The notes under the pieces: generated by a model
Told to the model about the DNA's origin: nothing
Database searches by the model: none
Seen by the model: only the letters and a program-made list of their open reading frames with translations
From: an uncultured virus (IMG/VR IMGVR_UViG_3300031758_000060)
Lineage: Duplodnaviria; Heunggongvirae; Uroviricota; Caudoviricetes
Direction: 5' to 3' (one strand)
IMG/VR virus record: IMGVR_UViG_3300031758_000060
DNA: 64,000 nucleotides
Position numbers and translations under genes: made by a program
Shown: in pieces, positions 17,314-27,511 of the stretch
How the letters are laid out: each line of letters begins with the position of its first letter
Numbering within the stretch: position 1 is the first letter of the stretch

Positions 17314-18582
17314 ATGGCAACCAATATCCCCGTCGGGTCTGCGCTTGCGCGCAAGATCTATTCGGTGGGCCTGTTCACTCGCGTGCAGCACGCCCCCGGC
17401 TTCATGAACCTGCTCTCCGGCGAGATGCCCAAGGAAGGCTCGTTCGCTGCCAAAACCAAGGGTCAGACCTCTCCGGACTACCCCATCGTCAAGGCTGGTG
17501 ATCTGGCCAAGGGCGCTGGCGACACGGTCTCCATTGACCTGTTCAACATCCTGCAGGGCAAGCCTGTCATGGGTGACACCCGCATCGCCGGCCGCATGAT
17601 GCAGTTGACCTTCTCGTCCATGGACGTGAAGATCGACCAAGTCCGCGGTGGCGCCGATTCCGGTGGCCGCATGACCCAGAAGCGCACGGTTCACAACCTG
17701 CGCAACATCTCCATGGCCGGCCTGCAGGCCTGGATGCAGCGTCTCGAAGACCAGACCGCCCTCGTGCATCTGGCCGGCGCCCGCGGCAGCCAGAACACCA
17801 GCGACTGGGTGGTGCCCCTGGCCAATGACAATGACTTCTCTACCATCATGGTCAACGCCGTGCGGGCTCCGACCAGGAACCGCCACTACTTCGCCAACGA
17901 CGCGACCTCTCCGGCAACGATCGGCACCAACGATGCCCTGACCTTGCAGGACATCGACCGCATCGTCGCGCAGTTGCGCGAGTCCCCGGTGGTGATGCAG
18001 TCGGTTCGCATCAAGGGCGACGACCGTGCCTGGAACGATCCCCTGTGGGTCATGTTCGTCACCGAGCGCCAGTGGCTGTACCTGCAGTCCCGGACCTCGC
18101 AGACGACGTGGCGCCAGGCCGTCCAGTACGCCTTCGAGCGCAAGGCCTCTGGCGTCAAGCACCCGCTGTTCGACGCCTACGAGACGATCATGTGGAACGG
18201 CGTGCTCATCAAGCGCATGAACCGCTACGCGATCCGCTTCGATGCCGGCACCGCGGTGACCATCGACACGGGCGGCGGCGACGGCGTCACCTACACCGAG
18301 GGCACCTCGACCAACACCGAGCCGGTGGATCGCGCCATCATCGTCGGCGCCCAGGCGCTGGCCAAGGCCTACGGCAAGTCGGCGAGCGACTACTTCTACG
18401 ACTGGAGCGAAGAAGAAGTCGATCACGGCAACTCGATCGAGACGGTCTGCGCGGCCATGTGCGGCACGAGCAAGATCCGCTTCAAGATCGACGGTGCCGA
18501 CACCGACTTCGGTGTGGCGGTCCTCGACAGCTACGCGCCCGATCCCGCCTCGGCGGCCGGCCGCACGCTGCTCGGCTCCTGA
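17314..18582 (+). CDS. Major capsid protein (N4-gp56/DUF4043 type)
   Basis: 422 aa; DLAKGAGDTVSIDL, GGRMTQKRTVHNLR, HLAGARG, HPLF, DFGV; AGGAG RBS. Confidence 0.88.
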   Translation: MATNIPVGSALARKIYSVGLFTRVQHAPGFMNLLSGEMPKEGSFAAKTKGQTSPDYPIVKAGDLAKGAGDTVSIDLFNILQGKPVMGDTRIAGRMMQLTFSSMDVKIDQVRGGADSGGRMTQKRTVHNLRNISMAGLQAWMQRLEDQTALVHLAGARGSQNTSDWVVPLANDNDFSTIMVNAVRAPTRNRHYFANDATSPATIGTNDALTLQDIDRIVAQLRESPVVMQSVRIKGDDRAWNDPLWVMFVTERQWLYLQSRTSQTTWRQAVQYAFERKASGVKHPLFDAYETIMWNGVLIKRMNRYAIRFDAGTAVTIDTGGGDGVTYTEGTSTNTEPVDRAIIVGAQALAKAYGKSASDYFYDWSEEEVDHGNSIETVCAAMCGTSKIRFKIDGADTDFGVAVLDSYAPDPASAAGRTLLGS

Positions 18583-18583
18583 T

Positions 18584-18606
18584 GAAGGGGGGCTTCGGCC
18601 CCCTTC
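18584..18606 (+). terminator. TTCG-loop hairpin after the capsid gene (attenuator or stabiliser)
   Basis: GAAGGGGGGC-TTCG-GCCCCCTTC; weak U tract. Confidence 0.5.
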
Positions 18607-18631
18607 CTGAACCCTCTTTCGGAGAACCCAC

Positions 18632-19036
18632 ATGGCAACCCTCAATGCCTCCACCTTGCAAGACACCCAGTACAGCGGCGATGCGCCGCTGGCAGCGGTC
18701 CACGGCGAATTTACCTTCGCCGCCACCCCGGCAAACGATGTGATTCGCTTGGCTCGGCTCTACGCCGGCACCAAGATCGTTGACATCAAGCTCATCAACG
18801 CCGCCCTTGGCGCCAGCACCCAGGTCTCGCTGGGATTCCAGTACGTCAACGGCGAAGCAGGCGGTGGCGCCGCGGCGCTGCTGGCAGCGACTGCGACCTC
18901 CTCGGCGGCCACCACCCGCTCGCCCGTGGCCCCTGTCACGCTGCTGTTTGACGCCTTCCTTACGGCGACCCTGACTGGCGGCACAGCCACCGGCAAGATC
19001 GACGTGCTGGGGCTCTACAAGTTCGAGGGCAAGTGA
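18632..19036 (+). CDS. Probable capsid decoration/cement protein
   Basis: Small Ala/Thr-rich beta protein directly after the capsid gene. Confidence 0.6.
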   Translation: MATLNASTLQDTQYSGDAPLAAVHGEFTFAATPANDVIRLARLYAGTKIVDIKLINAALGASTQVSLGFQYVNGEAGGGAAALLAATATSSAATTRSPVAPVTLLFDAFLTATLTGGTATGKIDVLGLYKFEGK

Positions 19037-19064
19037 TCGCCCAAGGCTTGATGACTGAGTGACG

Positions 19065-19095
19065 CGGGGCGGCCGTTGGCTGCCCCGTTTTTCTT
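19065..19095 (+). terminator. Rho-independent terminator
   Basis: CGGGGCGGCC-GTT-GGCTGCCCCG followed by TTTTTCTT. Confidence 0.75.
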
Positions 19096-19107
19096 GGAAG
19101 GACTCTG

Positions 19108-19518
19108 ATGAACCTCGTATCAATCACCTACGTCGGCAACAAGGAAGTGGCCTTCGACAACGTGGCCCACAGCGGCAAGTCGTGGCAAGGCAACGGCGAC
19201 GTGCAGTTCGTCACCCCGATGCAAGCCAAGATGCTGCTCAGGCACCCCAAGGCGTGGCAGTTGTCCGAGTCGAAAGACGCCGCCATCGTGAGCCAGCCCA
19301 TCGAGGTCGAGGTGAAGGATGAAGACGGCCAGGACGTGGCCGTGGACACCGAGTCGCTGAGCCGCCCTCTGGAAAAGATGACCAAGCCCGAACTGGTGGC
19401 CTTTGCCTACAGCCGCTGGGGCAAGCACCTGGACCCGCGCAAGCCCACCAAGCTGCTGATCGACCAGATCGAGGAATGGCAGAACTCCGAGCCGGAGCTT
19501 CGCCACCGGGCCAAATAG
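19108..19518 (+). CDS. Hypothetical protein with C-terminal HeH/SAP-like motif
   Basis: LEKMTKPELVAFA...G..LD.RK. Confidence 0.65.
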   Translation: MNLVSITYVGNKEVAFDNVAHSGKSWQGNGDVQFVTPMQAKMLLRHPKAWQLSESKDAAIVSQPIEVEVKDEDGQDVAVDTESLSRPLEKMTKPELVAFAYSRWGKHLDPRKPTKLLIDQIEEWQNSEPELRHRAK

Positions 19519-19565
19519 CCGGCCGCGCTCCAAAATCCCGCAACCGTCCTTTCGGTGGATGACCC

Positions 19566-20204
19566 GTGTCAACCGTCAAGTATTCAGACCTGCTGCCGGA
19601 TGTGTTGCCCAACCTCGCGGCCGACCCATCTGACCCGGTGACCGAGCGCGCCATCAGGCGTGCTGTCATCGAGTTCTGCGCTGGTTCGTGGGTATGGCAG
19701 CACTTCATGGACCCCATCGACTTGGTGGCCGGTGAGTCGTTCTACGACCTGGAGCCACCGACGGGCGGCGACATCTCGGCCATCATGGACGTGAAGTGCA
19801 ACGGCAGCCCGCTGGTGAACAAGTCGCTGGAGTGGCTGAACAAGGAGCACCCGTCCTGGCGCCTGGACCGCGAGACGCCCAAGTGGTTCACCCAGATGAC
19901 CCCTGACCAGATCATCCTGGCCAAGGTGCCCGACATCAGCGTGACGGGCGGCCTGTTGGTGACCATGGCCACGGAGCCTGCCAGAACGTCCACGAACTTT
20001 CCCAGGTGGATCTGCAACCAGTTCATCTACAACCTCGTGGACGGGGCCCTGGCCACGCTCATGCTGATGCCCGACAAGCCCTGGACCGACCTAAAGGACG
20101 GCCAGACGCGACTGGAGAGCTTCAACGCGGCCATCAACAACGCTCGCGCCAACGGCATCGCGGCCCTCTCACGCGCACCGCTGCGGACAAGCTCCCAGCA
20201 CTGA
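19566..20204 (+). CDS. Head-tail adaptor-like protein
   Basis: Position; AIRRAVIEFC, GALATLMLMPDKPWTD. Confidence 0.65.
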   Translation: MSTVKYSDLLPDVLPNLAADPSDPVTERAIRRAVIEFCAGSWVWQHFMDPIDLVAGESFYDLEPPTGGDISAIMDVKCNGSPLVNKSLEWLNKEHPSWRLDRETPKWFTQMTPDQIILAKVPDISVTGGLLVTMATEPARTSTNFPRWICNQFIYNLVDGALATLMLMPDKPWTDLKDGQTRLESFNAAINNARANGIAALSRAPLRTSSQH

Positions 20205-20217
20205 CTAGGAACCCACC

Positions 20218-20898
20218 ATGGCAACCGTCACCGCCGCCTCTGTCATCGACAAGGCCCAGGTCATCCTGCAGGACACGACCGGGATCCGCTGGCCTGACGA
20301 CGAATTGCTCGGCTGGCTCAACGACGGCCAGCGCGAAATCGTCCTCTACAAGCCCAACGCCTTCGTTCGCAACACCTCGGTCCAAATGACCACCGGTACC
20401 AAGCAAGGGCTGCCGGCCGACGGGGTGCAGTTGCTCGACGTGGTGCGCAACATGGGCACCAACGGCTCGACGCCTGGGCGCGCTGTGCGTATCACCATCC
20501 GCGAGATCCTGGACTCGCAGATCCCGAACTGGCACACAGAAACGCCGGCCAACGAGGTCAAGCACTACATGTACTCGATGCTTGACCCCAAGAACTTTTA
20601 CGTCTACCCGCCCAACACGGGGCAGGGGCATGTGGAACTGATCTACGGCGCCGCGCCGACCGAGGCCACGCTGCAGAGCACGATCACGCTGGACGACATC
20701 TATCAGACCATCCTGATGGACTACATCCTGTACCGCGCCTACAGCAAGGACACCGAGTTCGCGGCTGACGTCAATCGGGCGTCGTCGCACCAGCAAGCCT
20801 ACCTGACCGCGTTGACCGGGAAGGCCAAGGTGGAGATCGGGGCCAACCCGAACTCAACGGCTCCGGCCAACCCCAACGTCACGCCCAATCCTCGATAA
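20218..20898 (+). CDS. Adaptor-like virion protein (DUF6682-like)
   Basis: ILQD...RWPDDELLGWLNDGQREI, FYVYPP, DYILYRAYSKD. Confidence 0.7.
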   Translation: MATVTAASVIDKAQVILQDTTGIRWPDDELLGWLNDGQREIVLYKPNAFVRNTSVQMTTGTKQGLPADGVQLLDVVRNMGTNGSTPGRAVRITIREILDSQIPNWHTETPANEVKHYMYSMLDPKNFYVYPPNTGQGHVELIYGAAPTEATLQSTITLDDIYQTILMDYILYRAYSKDTEFAADVNRASSHQQAYLTALTGKAKVEIGANPNSTAPANPNVTPNPR

Positions 20899-20925
20899 CT
20901 CCTCGACACCTGAAAGGGGACTCCC

Positions 20926-21354
20926 ATGCCCGGTTTTTCGCAGCAAATCGCCCAGGAAATCTTCAACGCCACGCTTGCAGCCTCTCGCACCAGCCTCTCG
21001 GCCAAGCCCGGGGTCTGGATGAGCCTGCACACGGCAGCGCCATCGGACGCCAGCGCCGGCAACGAAGCCACCTTCACCGGCTACGGCCGGGTCAACATCG
21101 CTTCCGTGATGTCGTCTTCGGTGGTCGGCGCGGCGCCCGAGCAGTCTGTGCGCGCAACCAACACCGCGGACATCAACTTCCCGGCCTCCACCGGCGCGAA
21201 CCAGACCGTCACGCACTGGGCCATCTGGTCGGACCAGACGCTCAGCGGCGGCCTGTACCTGATGTACTCGGGAGAACTGTCGGCCAGCCGCGTCGTCCAG
21301 TCTGGTGACGTGGTGGTGATTCCGTCCGGGCAACTGCAGATCGACCTGACCTGA
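20926..21354 (+). CDS. Small virion beta-protein, paralogue 1
   Basis: SLHTAAP...EATFTGYGR, INFPASTG, VTHWAIW. Confidence 0.7.
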   Translation: MPGFSQQIAQEIFNATLAASRTSLSAKPGVWMSLHTAAPSDASAGNEATFTGYGRVNIASVMSSSVVGAAPEQSVRATNTADINFPASTGANQTVTHWAIWSDQTLSGGLYLMYSGELSASRVVQSGDVVVIPSGQLQIDLT

Positions 21355-21364
21355 CGGGGGCTGC

Positions 21365-21796
21365 ATGGCTGGGTTGTCCAAGCACCTTGCCCTGGCCCTG
21401 TTCAACATGTCGTTGAACCCGGTGCGGGCGTCATACGCCCCACCGGAGGGGCTGTGGCTGGCGCTGCACACGCAGCCGCCCAGCGATGCCTCCTATGGCT
21501 ACGAGGCGACCTTTGGCGCCTACGCCCGCCAGCCGATCAACAGCCTGACCTCCGAGGTCGGTACCGAGACGTTGACCGGCGACGTGCCGATTCTCATCAC
21601 CAACGGCTCGGCCGTGGTGTTCCCGGCCTCCACCGGGCCAACACCGCAGACCGTCACGCACTGGGCCATCTGGGACAGCCAGACCCCCGGCGACGGCAAC
21701 ATCCTGTACTCGGGCTCCATGGCATCGTCACGCCTGATCGTGACAGGTGACAGTGTGGTGATCCCCGAAGGAAACCTGCAGCTTACGATCGTATGA
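21365..21796 (+). CDS. Small virion beta-protein, paralogue 2
   Basis: Same motifs as 20926..21354, with identical 17- and 27-nt blocks. Confidence 0.7.
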   Translation: MAGLSKHLALALFNMSLNPVRASYAPPEGLWLALHTQPPSDASYGYEATFGAYARQPINSLTSEVGTETLTGDVPILITNGSAVVFPASTGPTPQTVTHWAIWDSQTPGDGNILYSGSMASSRLIVTGDSVVIPEGNLQLTIV

Positions 21797-22755
21797 GCCA
21801 TACGACCGACAGCGGAGCGATCAACTCCGGCGCAATCAACCACACCTCCTTCCCAGGGTCGGAGGATGGTCTGTCGCTCGCGCAGATGGTCGGCTCGGTG
21901 TCGGTCACGGGCACGGTCACAGGGATCTTTGTACGGCTGACAGCGTTCGCCACCGCTGCACCAAGGGCCGCAACCGCAAAGCCGGTGGTGCGCATGAAGC
22001 GCACCTTCACCGCAGCTACCAGCGGATCGGCCACAGCAACCGCTAGGCAGATTGGCAAGAGCCGTCCCGGCGCCACCACTTTGGGGCGAGCAATCAGCGC
22101 GTCTGGCGTCGGCCGCCGAGTCCGATTGGCCATGACGCGGGCGGCATCTGCTGTTGTCACGACAAGGCCCGCATTGCGGCTGCGCATCCTGCGCTCTGCC
22201 GCCACCAAGCCGGTTGCTTTGGCGACGGTGTCTTCCAAAAAAAAGGCCTTCCTCGACCCAGTTGATCTGGCGGCACGAGCAACGGTCTCAGTCAACGCAC
22301 TGCGCAAAGTTCGATCGCCTGCAACAACAGTCGGCGATGTCAACTTCTCGGTGCCGATCACGCTCAAGAGACGGCTGACCATCACCCCGGTGGTTGCTCG
22401 CGCCTTGGCCGCCGCAACGCAGACAACGCGCAAGATGCGCCTTGCGGCCGTGCGCCTTGCTCAAGCGGCAAGCACGGCTGTGGTGCGAATCAAGGTCTTG
22501 CGCCGCGCAGTCGTTGCACCCCAGGCTGCGTGTTTTCCACTTGCGTCTGGAGCCAGGGTGTTCCGACAGGCCCCCATCCAGGCCCAGGCCGTCAGCGTGT
22601 CTGCTGTCGCGCTCAGAATCTCCGTCAGTGCAGCCACAACGGCGTCGTTCGCCAACTACGCCGTGGCCATTGACCTCAACATCAACCAGCGAGCAGCCGA
22701 GGAGCGCCGCATGACCGTGCCGCTTGATGAGCGCCGCATGGAGGTCACAGCATGA
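21793..22755 (+). CDS. Arg/Ala/Thr-rich basic virion-associated protein
   Basis: ATGA-coupled at both ends; N-terminal SGAIN repeats; C-terminal ERRM repeats. Confidence 0.6.
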   Translation: MSHTTDSGAINSGAINHTSFPGSEDGLSLAQMVGSVSVTGTVTGIFVRLTAFATAAPRAATAKPVVRMKRTFTAATSGSATATARQIGKSRPGATTLGRAISASGVGRRVRLAMTRAASAVVTTRPALRLRILRSAATKPVALATVSSKKKAFLDPVDLAARATVSVNALRKVRSPATTVGDVNFSVPITLKRRLTITPVVARALAAATQTTRKMRLAAVRLAQAASTAVVRIKVLRRAVVAPQAACFPLASGARVFRQAPIQAQAVSVSAVALRISVSAATTASFANYAVAIDLNINQRAAEERRMTVPLDERRMEVTA

Positions 22756-23063
22756 TTCTTGGCACCTTCATCAAGCAGCCGGCCGAGTACCTGGACTACG
22801 ACATCGACTTCTCGGAGTTCCTGGCCGACGGCGACACGCTGCAGTCCACGGGCAGCCCCGCGGTGCCCAGCCCGCTGAACGTGGTCGTTGCCCCGACTGG
22901 CATTACGATCGGCCCGACATACGTCATCAGCAACGGCCTTGGCATCAAGCAATGGCTTTCTGGTGGCGTCAACGGCGTGCGCTACAAGATCACCCTGACG
23001 GCCACCACCAACGGCGGGCGCATCAAGCAAGTCGAGTTTGTTGTGCGCGTGAAGGACGAATGA
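22752..23063 (+). CDS. Fibre-tail adaptor-like protein
   Basis: KQPAEYLDYDIDF, WLSGG..G.RYKIT...TT..GR. Confidence 0.7.
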   Translation: MILGTFIKQPAEYLDYDIDFSEFLADGDTLQSTGSPAVPSPLNVVVAPTGITIGPTYVISNGLGIKQWLSGGVNGVRYKITLTATTNGGRIKQVEFVVRVKDE

Positions 23064-23064
23064 C

Positions 23065-26000
23065 ATGACCCTGCTTTTCAGGAACAACGCGAGCACGACC
23101 CTGTCCGGGTCGATCAACAACTCGCAAACTTCGATCACCGTCATCAGCGGATCCAGCTTCCCAAGTTCGTTGGGGTCGGATTACTTCTACGCCACGATGT
23201 ACGAAGTTTCCGGCAACCCGTCTGTTGAGATCAACATCGAGATCATCAAGGTGACGGCCGTTTCCGGCAACATCTGGACTGTCGTGCGCGCCCAAGACGG
23301 CACCTCGGCGCGCTCGCGTGACGGCGTCAGCACCTGCTACATCGAGTTGCGCATGACAGCGGCCTCGGCCGCCCTGATGCTGCAGTCGGAAAACAACCTG
23401 TCTGACCTGCAGAACGTCTCCACGGCTCGCACTAACCTTGGCCTGGGCTCAATGGCGACTCAGAACGCAAGTGCGGTGGCCATCACTGGTGGCACCATCA
23501 GCGGTATCACCATCACCAACATCGACTCGACGACCACGTTCCAGGACAACGCGGCTCCGACCAAGCAGTTCAGGTTCGAGGCCGCCAGCATCACAGCGGG
23601 CAATACCCGCGTTCTGACGGTCCCGGATGCCGACGGCACGATCGCTACCACGGCCGCGGTGGCCGCTGGTTACCAGCCTCTCGACGCCGATCTGACCGCT
23701 GTTGCGGGGCTGTCTACCAACGGCCTGCTGGCCAGGACAGGGGCAGGCACTGCAGCCGTTCGCACACTGACCGCGCCTGCTGCCGGCATCACCGTTACCA
23801 ACGGCGACGGTGTCGCGGGCAACCCGACGCTGGCCTTGGCCAACGATCTGGCTGCGGTCGAGTCCATCAACACCCTTGGCTTCGTCAGGCGCACCGCGGC
23901 CGACTCCTGGAGCGCGTCAGCCATCACCGATGGCGACCTGCCATCGGTCTTGACTGGCAAGACCTACAACGGCTTGACGCCCACGGCCAACGCGACGGGC
24001 TTCAGCTTGGCCGGGGGCACGACCAGCAAGACGCTGACGGTCAACAACTCGATCACCCTGGCCGGCACCGATGGCACGACCATCACCTTGCCGTCGACCA
24101 GCGGAACGCTGCCGCTGAACAACCAGACGTTCTTCATCGGCACCACGTCGGTGGCCATCAACCGGGCGTCGGCCAGCCTGTCCCTAACGGGCGTGAACAT
24201 CGACGGCTCGGCCGGCTCTTCCACAACCGCAACGACCGCAACCAACCTCGCAGGCGGCGCGGCCAACCGCATCGCTTTCCAGACCGCAGCAGCTACGACA
24301 GGCTTCCTCAGTGCGCCCACCACCGCTGACACCTATCTGAGGTGGGACGGCACGGCCTTTGTGTGGAGCGCGGTGTCATCGTCTGGAGGCTCGGTCACAA
24401 GCGTCGGCATCAGTTCCTCGGACCTGACCGTCACCAACAGCCCTGTGACGGGCGCTGGGACGATTTCTTTGTCCCTGAACACCGTGGGCATCGCCAAGGG
24501 CGGCACGGGCGCCACGACCAAAGCAGCCGCGTTCAACGCGCTTACCCCGAACACGACGCTGGGGGACTTCAGCTACTTCGACGGCTCGAACGAGGTGCGT
24601 CTGGCTGGTAACACCACCACGACCCGGCAGTTCCTGCGCCAAACCGGCACAGGCACCGTGTCCGCGGCGCCGTCATGGGGCGCTCTGCTCGATGCCGACA
24701 TCCCGGCCACGCTGACCGGGAAGACCTACAACGGGTTGACGCTCACGTCTGCCGTGACAGGCTTCACGGTGGCGGGCGGCACGACCTCGAAGACCCTCAC
24801 GGTCAGCAACACGCTGACGCTGGCAGGAACGGACTCCAGCACCCTGAACATCGGGGCAGGCGGCACCCTTGGCAGCGCGGCCTTTACGGCTTCGACAGCC
24901 TACGCTCCAGCGGCTGGCTCCAGCAGCATCACCACGGTCGGCACGGTCGGCGCTGGAACGTGGCAGGGCAGCGCCATCGGCATCAGCTACGGCGGCACCG
25001 GGGCGACGTCCAAGACGGCGGGTTACAACGCGCTGACGCCAATTACCACGCTGGGAGATATCGTCTACGGCGATGGGGCCAACAGCGCCACTCGTCTGGC
25101 CGGAAACACGACCACCAGCAAGCGGTTCCTAACCCAGACCGGCACGGGCGCCGTCTCAGCCGCGCCAGGGTGGAACGCCATCGTTGACGGCGACATCCCC
25201 TCGGCACTGACAGGCAAGACCTACAACGGGCTCAGCCTGACCACCAACGCGACCGGCTTCCAGGTCTCGGGCGGCACGACTGCCAAGACCCTGGTGGTTA
25301 GCAACAACCTGACGCTGGCCGGCACCGATGGATCGACGCTGAACATCGGGGGTGGCGGGACGCTGGGAAGTGCGGCATTCCTGACGTCTTTTACCGCCAA
25401 CGGGGTTGTCTACGCATCTTCAACGTCTGCCTTGGCCACGGGCAGCGGCCTGACTTTTAATGGCTCAACATTAACTGTCAACAGTATAAGTGTTGGCAGG
25501 GGCGGTGGAGGTGTTTCAAGTAATACTGCCGTTGGCAATGCTGCTTTGTCATCCAACACTACTGGCTCCAGCAACACCGCAGTTGGCCAAAGTGCGCTGA
25601 CTGTAAACACAACCGCGAGCAACAACACCGCTGTTGGAGCGTATTCCCTTTACACGAATACCACTGGGCTTGCAAATACTGCCGTTGGGTATTACGCCCT
25701 TGGCGAAAATACTACGGGTCAGCTTAATGTTGCGGTTGGGGGAATCGCCCTAAATTCCAACACCACTGGCGGCAACAACACTGCCGCCGGTTATGGTGCG
25801 ATGGAGTTGAGCACAACAGGCTCAAGCAACGCGGCTTTTGGCTATGAGGCTCTAAGGTCAAACACAAACGGCTCCAGCAACACAGCAATCGGCACCAACG
25901 CACTTCGCGCAGCCACAGCAAGTTTTAATACAGCAGTTGGCAACAACGCGCTAACTGCAAACACGACTGGAACCTCAAACATTGCCGTTGGAAGTTCTGC

Positions 26001-26517
26001 GCTCTTAAATAACACAACAGGCGCCAACAACACAGTTGTTGGTAGTTCTGGCGGTGGTATTACCACAGGCTCTGGCAACACCATTGTTGGGCCAAACGTC
26101 AACGGCCTTGCCGCTGCGCTCACGAACAACATCATCCTGGCAAGCGGGTCTGGAATTCAGGCCCAGCACGACGGATCGGTGTGGAAGATGAAGAACGCAA
26201 TCGTCTTCGACTCTCAGTTCACTCACGCGACCACCAGCGGCTCAACAACGATTGCCTTCTCCAGCGGCCAAAACGGCAAGCTGACTCTGACCGGCAACGC
26301 AACCCTGGCGTTCACGTTCCCGGGAGTCGGCCACTACCAGTTGTTCCTGGTGTCTGGAGCCAACACCGTGACGTGGCCGACCATCGGGGCCTCCTGGCAG
26401 TGGCTTAATGCCACCACGGCTCCAACCCTCAACACCGGCACCTATGGCGGGCTGGTGAACATCTACTACGACGGCACCATCGCCATTGCGTCGTACAGCA
26501 AAGTGGGGGCTGTCTAA
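23065..26517 (+). CDS. Long tail fibre with internal repeats and an NTAVG beta-helix segment
   Basis: N-terminal NNASTTL...EIIKVTA...VVRAQDGT; three LTGKTYNGL repeats; GGTGAT repeats; 14-aa NTAVG repeats. Confidence 0.85.
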   Translation: MTLLFRNNASTTLSGSINNSQTSITVISGSSFPSSLGSDYFYATMYEVSGNPSVEINIEIIKVTAVSGNIWTVVRAQDGTSARSRDGVSTCYIELRMTAASAALMLQSENNLSDLQNVSTARTNLGLGSMATQNASAVAITGGTISGITITNIDSTTTFQDNAAPTKQFRFEAASITAGNTRVLTVPDADGTIATTAAVAAGYQPLDADLTAVAGLSTNGLLARTGAGTAAVRTLTAPAAGITVTNGDGVAGNPTLALANDLAAVESINTLGFVRRTAADSWSASAITDGDLPSVLTGKTYNGLTPTANATGFSLAGGTTSKTLTVNNSITLAGTDGTTITLPSTSGTLPLNNQTFFIGTTSVAINRASASLSLTGVNIDGSAGSSTTATTATNLAGGAANRIAFQTAAATTGFLSAPTTADTYLRWDGTAFVWSAVSSSGGSVTSVGISSSDLTVTNSPVTGAGTISLSLNTVGIAKGGTGATTKAAAFNALTPNTTLGDFSYFDGSNEVRLAGNTTTTRQFLRQTGTGTVSAAPSWGALLDADIPATLTGKTYNGLTLTSAVTGFTVAGGTTSKTLTVSNTLTLAGTDSSTLNIGAGGTLGSAAFTASTAYAPAAGSSSITTVGTVGAGTWQGSAIGISYGGTGATSKTAGYNALTPITTLGDIVYGDGANSATRLAGNTTTSKRFLTQTGTGAVSAAPGWNAIVDGDIPSALTGKTYNGLSLTTNATGFQVSGGTTAKTLVVSNNLTLAGTDGSTLNIGGGGTLGSAAFLTSFTANGVVYASSTSALATGSGLTFNGSTLTVNSISVGRGGGGVSSNTAVGNAALSSNTTGSSNTAVGQSALTVNTTASNNTAVGAYSLYTNTTGLANTAVGYYALGENTTGQLNVAVGGIALNSNTTGGNNTAAGYGAMELSTTGSSNAAFGYEALRSNTNGSSNTAIGTNALRAATASFNTAVGNNALTANTTGTSNIAVGSSALLNNTTGANNTVVGSSGGGITTGSGNTIVGPNVNGLAAALTNNIILASGSGIQAQHDGSVWKMKNAIVFDSQFTHATTSGSTTIAFSSGQNGKLTLTGNATLAFTFPGVGHYQLFLVSGANTVTWPTIGASWQWLNATTAPTLNTGTYGGLVNIYYDGTIAIASYSKVGAV

Positions 26518-26530
26518 GCAGTTGCAGTGA

Positions 26531-27196
26531 ATGACAGTAACGTATGTCGGCGAAACCAATGCCTCTGACCTTGACTCTGGACAAAGCACCTCTGCGCTGT
26601 CGATCGCGGCGCCAGCGGGATCATCGACGGATGACCTGTTGATCGCGTTTGTCCACAGCAACAACACCAAGGGGCTCACTCTACCGTCTGGGTGGACGCA
26701 GCTTGTAAGGCTCAATGGGTACTCTTTCTTTGATTTGCTTGTCGCTTACCGAGTCATGCAGTCTGGAGATACTTCGTGGACATGGACGCAGACCACTGCG
26801 GACTTGATTGCCGGCAAAATGGCCTCCGTGCGCGGCGGGCAACTGAACCACGGATCTTTGTCAGCCTCGGCGGCTCAGGATGCGGCAACTACATCCATAT
26901 CTGTCGGGTCTCCGATCACCGTTCCAACCGATGGCATGACACTTGTCGGATGCGCGCTCGACGCGACCACGGGCGGCGGATACGCCTGGTCGGCAGTCAC
27001 CTCCGGCTTCACCGCTCACGCGGCCATCAACCGATCGTACCGAATCATGCAGGCCTTTCGCAAGGCCGGCAACGGCACGGCAGAGACCCAGCAGATGCAG
27101 ATCAGCGCGACGGCAAGTGGGAGGCCGATGGGCATTGTGTCGGTTGGCATTCTGCCCAAACGCAATCCGGCGCTGTTTGCGGGTCGCAACTTCTAG
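26531..27196 (+). CDS. Fibre-associated protein
   Basis: DLLIAFV...LPSGWT...VAYRV; follows the fibre gene. Confidence 0.6.
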   Translation: MTVTYVGETNASDLDSGQSTSALSIAAPAGSSTDDLLIAFVHSNNTKGLTLPSGWTQLVRLNGYSFFDLLVAYRVMQSGDTSWTWTQTTADLIAGKMASVRGGQLNHGSLSASAAQDAATTSISVGSPITVPTDGMTLVGCALDATTGGGYAWSAVTSGFTAHAAINRSYRIMQAFRKAGNGTAETQQMQISATASGRPMGIVSVGILPKRNPALFAGRNF

Positions 27197-27242
27197 CCCA
27201 CCAACCACGGCGACAAGGACGCCACCAGCAACACAGGAGCAC

Positions 27243-27485
27243 ATGATGGACGAGCAGCAGATCGAGGCCCTTCTGGAGCGGGCCGCCAAGAAGGGCGCCA
27301 GAGAGGCCCTGGAATCCATTGGCCTACACGACGATGGCGCCGTCCATGACGTCCAGGAGCTTCGCAGCCTGCTGGACGCCTGGAGAGGCGCCAAGAAAAC
27401 GGTCTGGAAGACCATCATGCAAGCCCTGACAATGGCCTTCCTTGGAGCCCTTGCGGCCGGCACGTTCATGCAACTGAAGAAGTGA
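27243..27485 (+). CDS. DUF6127-like small membrane protein
   Basis: LLERAAKKGAREALESIGL.D..A..D..ELRSLLDAWR.AKKT; C-terminal TM; AGGAG RBS. Confidence 0.7.
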   Translation: MMDEQQIEALLERAAKKGAREALESIGLHDDGAVHDVQELRSLLDAWRGAKKTVWKTIMQALTMAFLGALAAGTFMQLKK

Positions 27486-27511
27486 CGCGCACGTCGCGTT
27501 GAGGCCCACTC

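Noticed and set aside
22237..22245. A-AAA-AAG slippery site in 21793..22755
   Set aside because: The -1 frame stops within about 7 codons and no clear stimulatory structure was seen; cannot be supported
23065..27196. Diversity-generating retroelement acting on the tail fibre
   Set aside because: No reverse transcriptase in the window; fibre repeats are in-frame protein repeats, not an adenine-specific TR/VR pair
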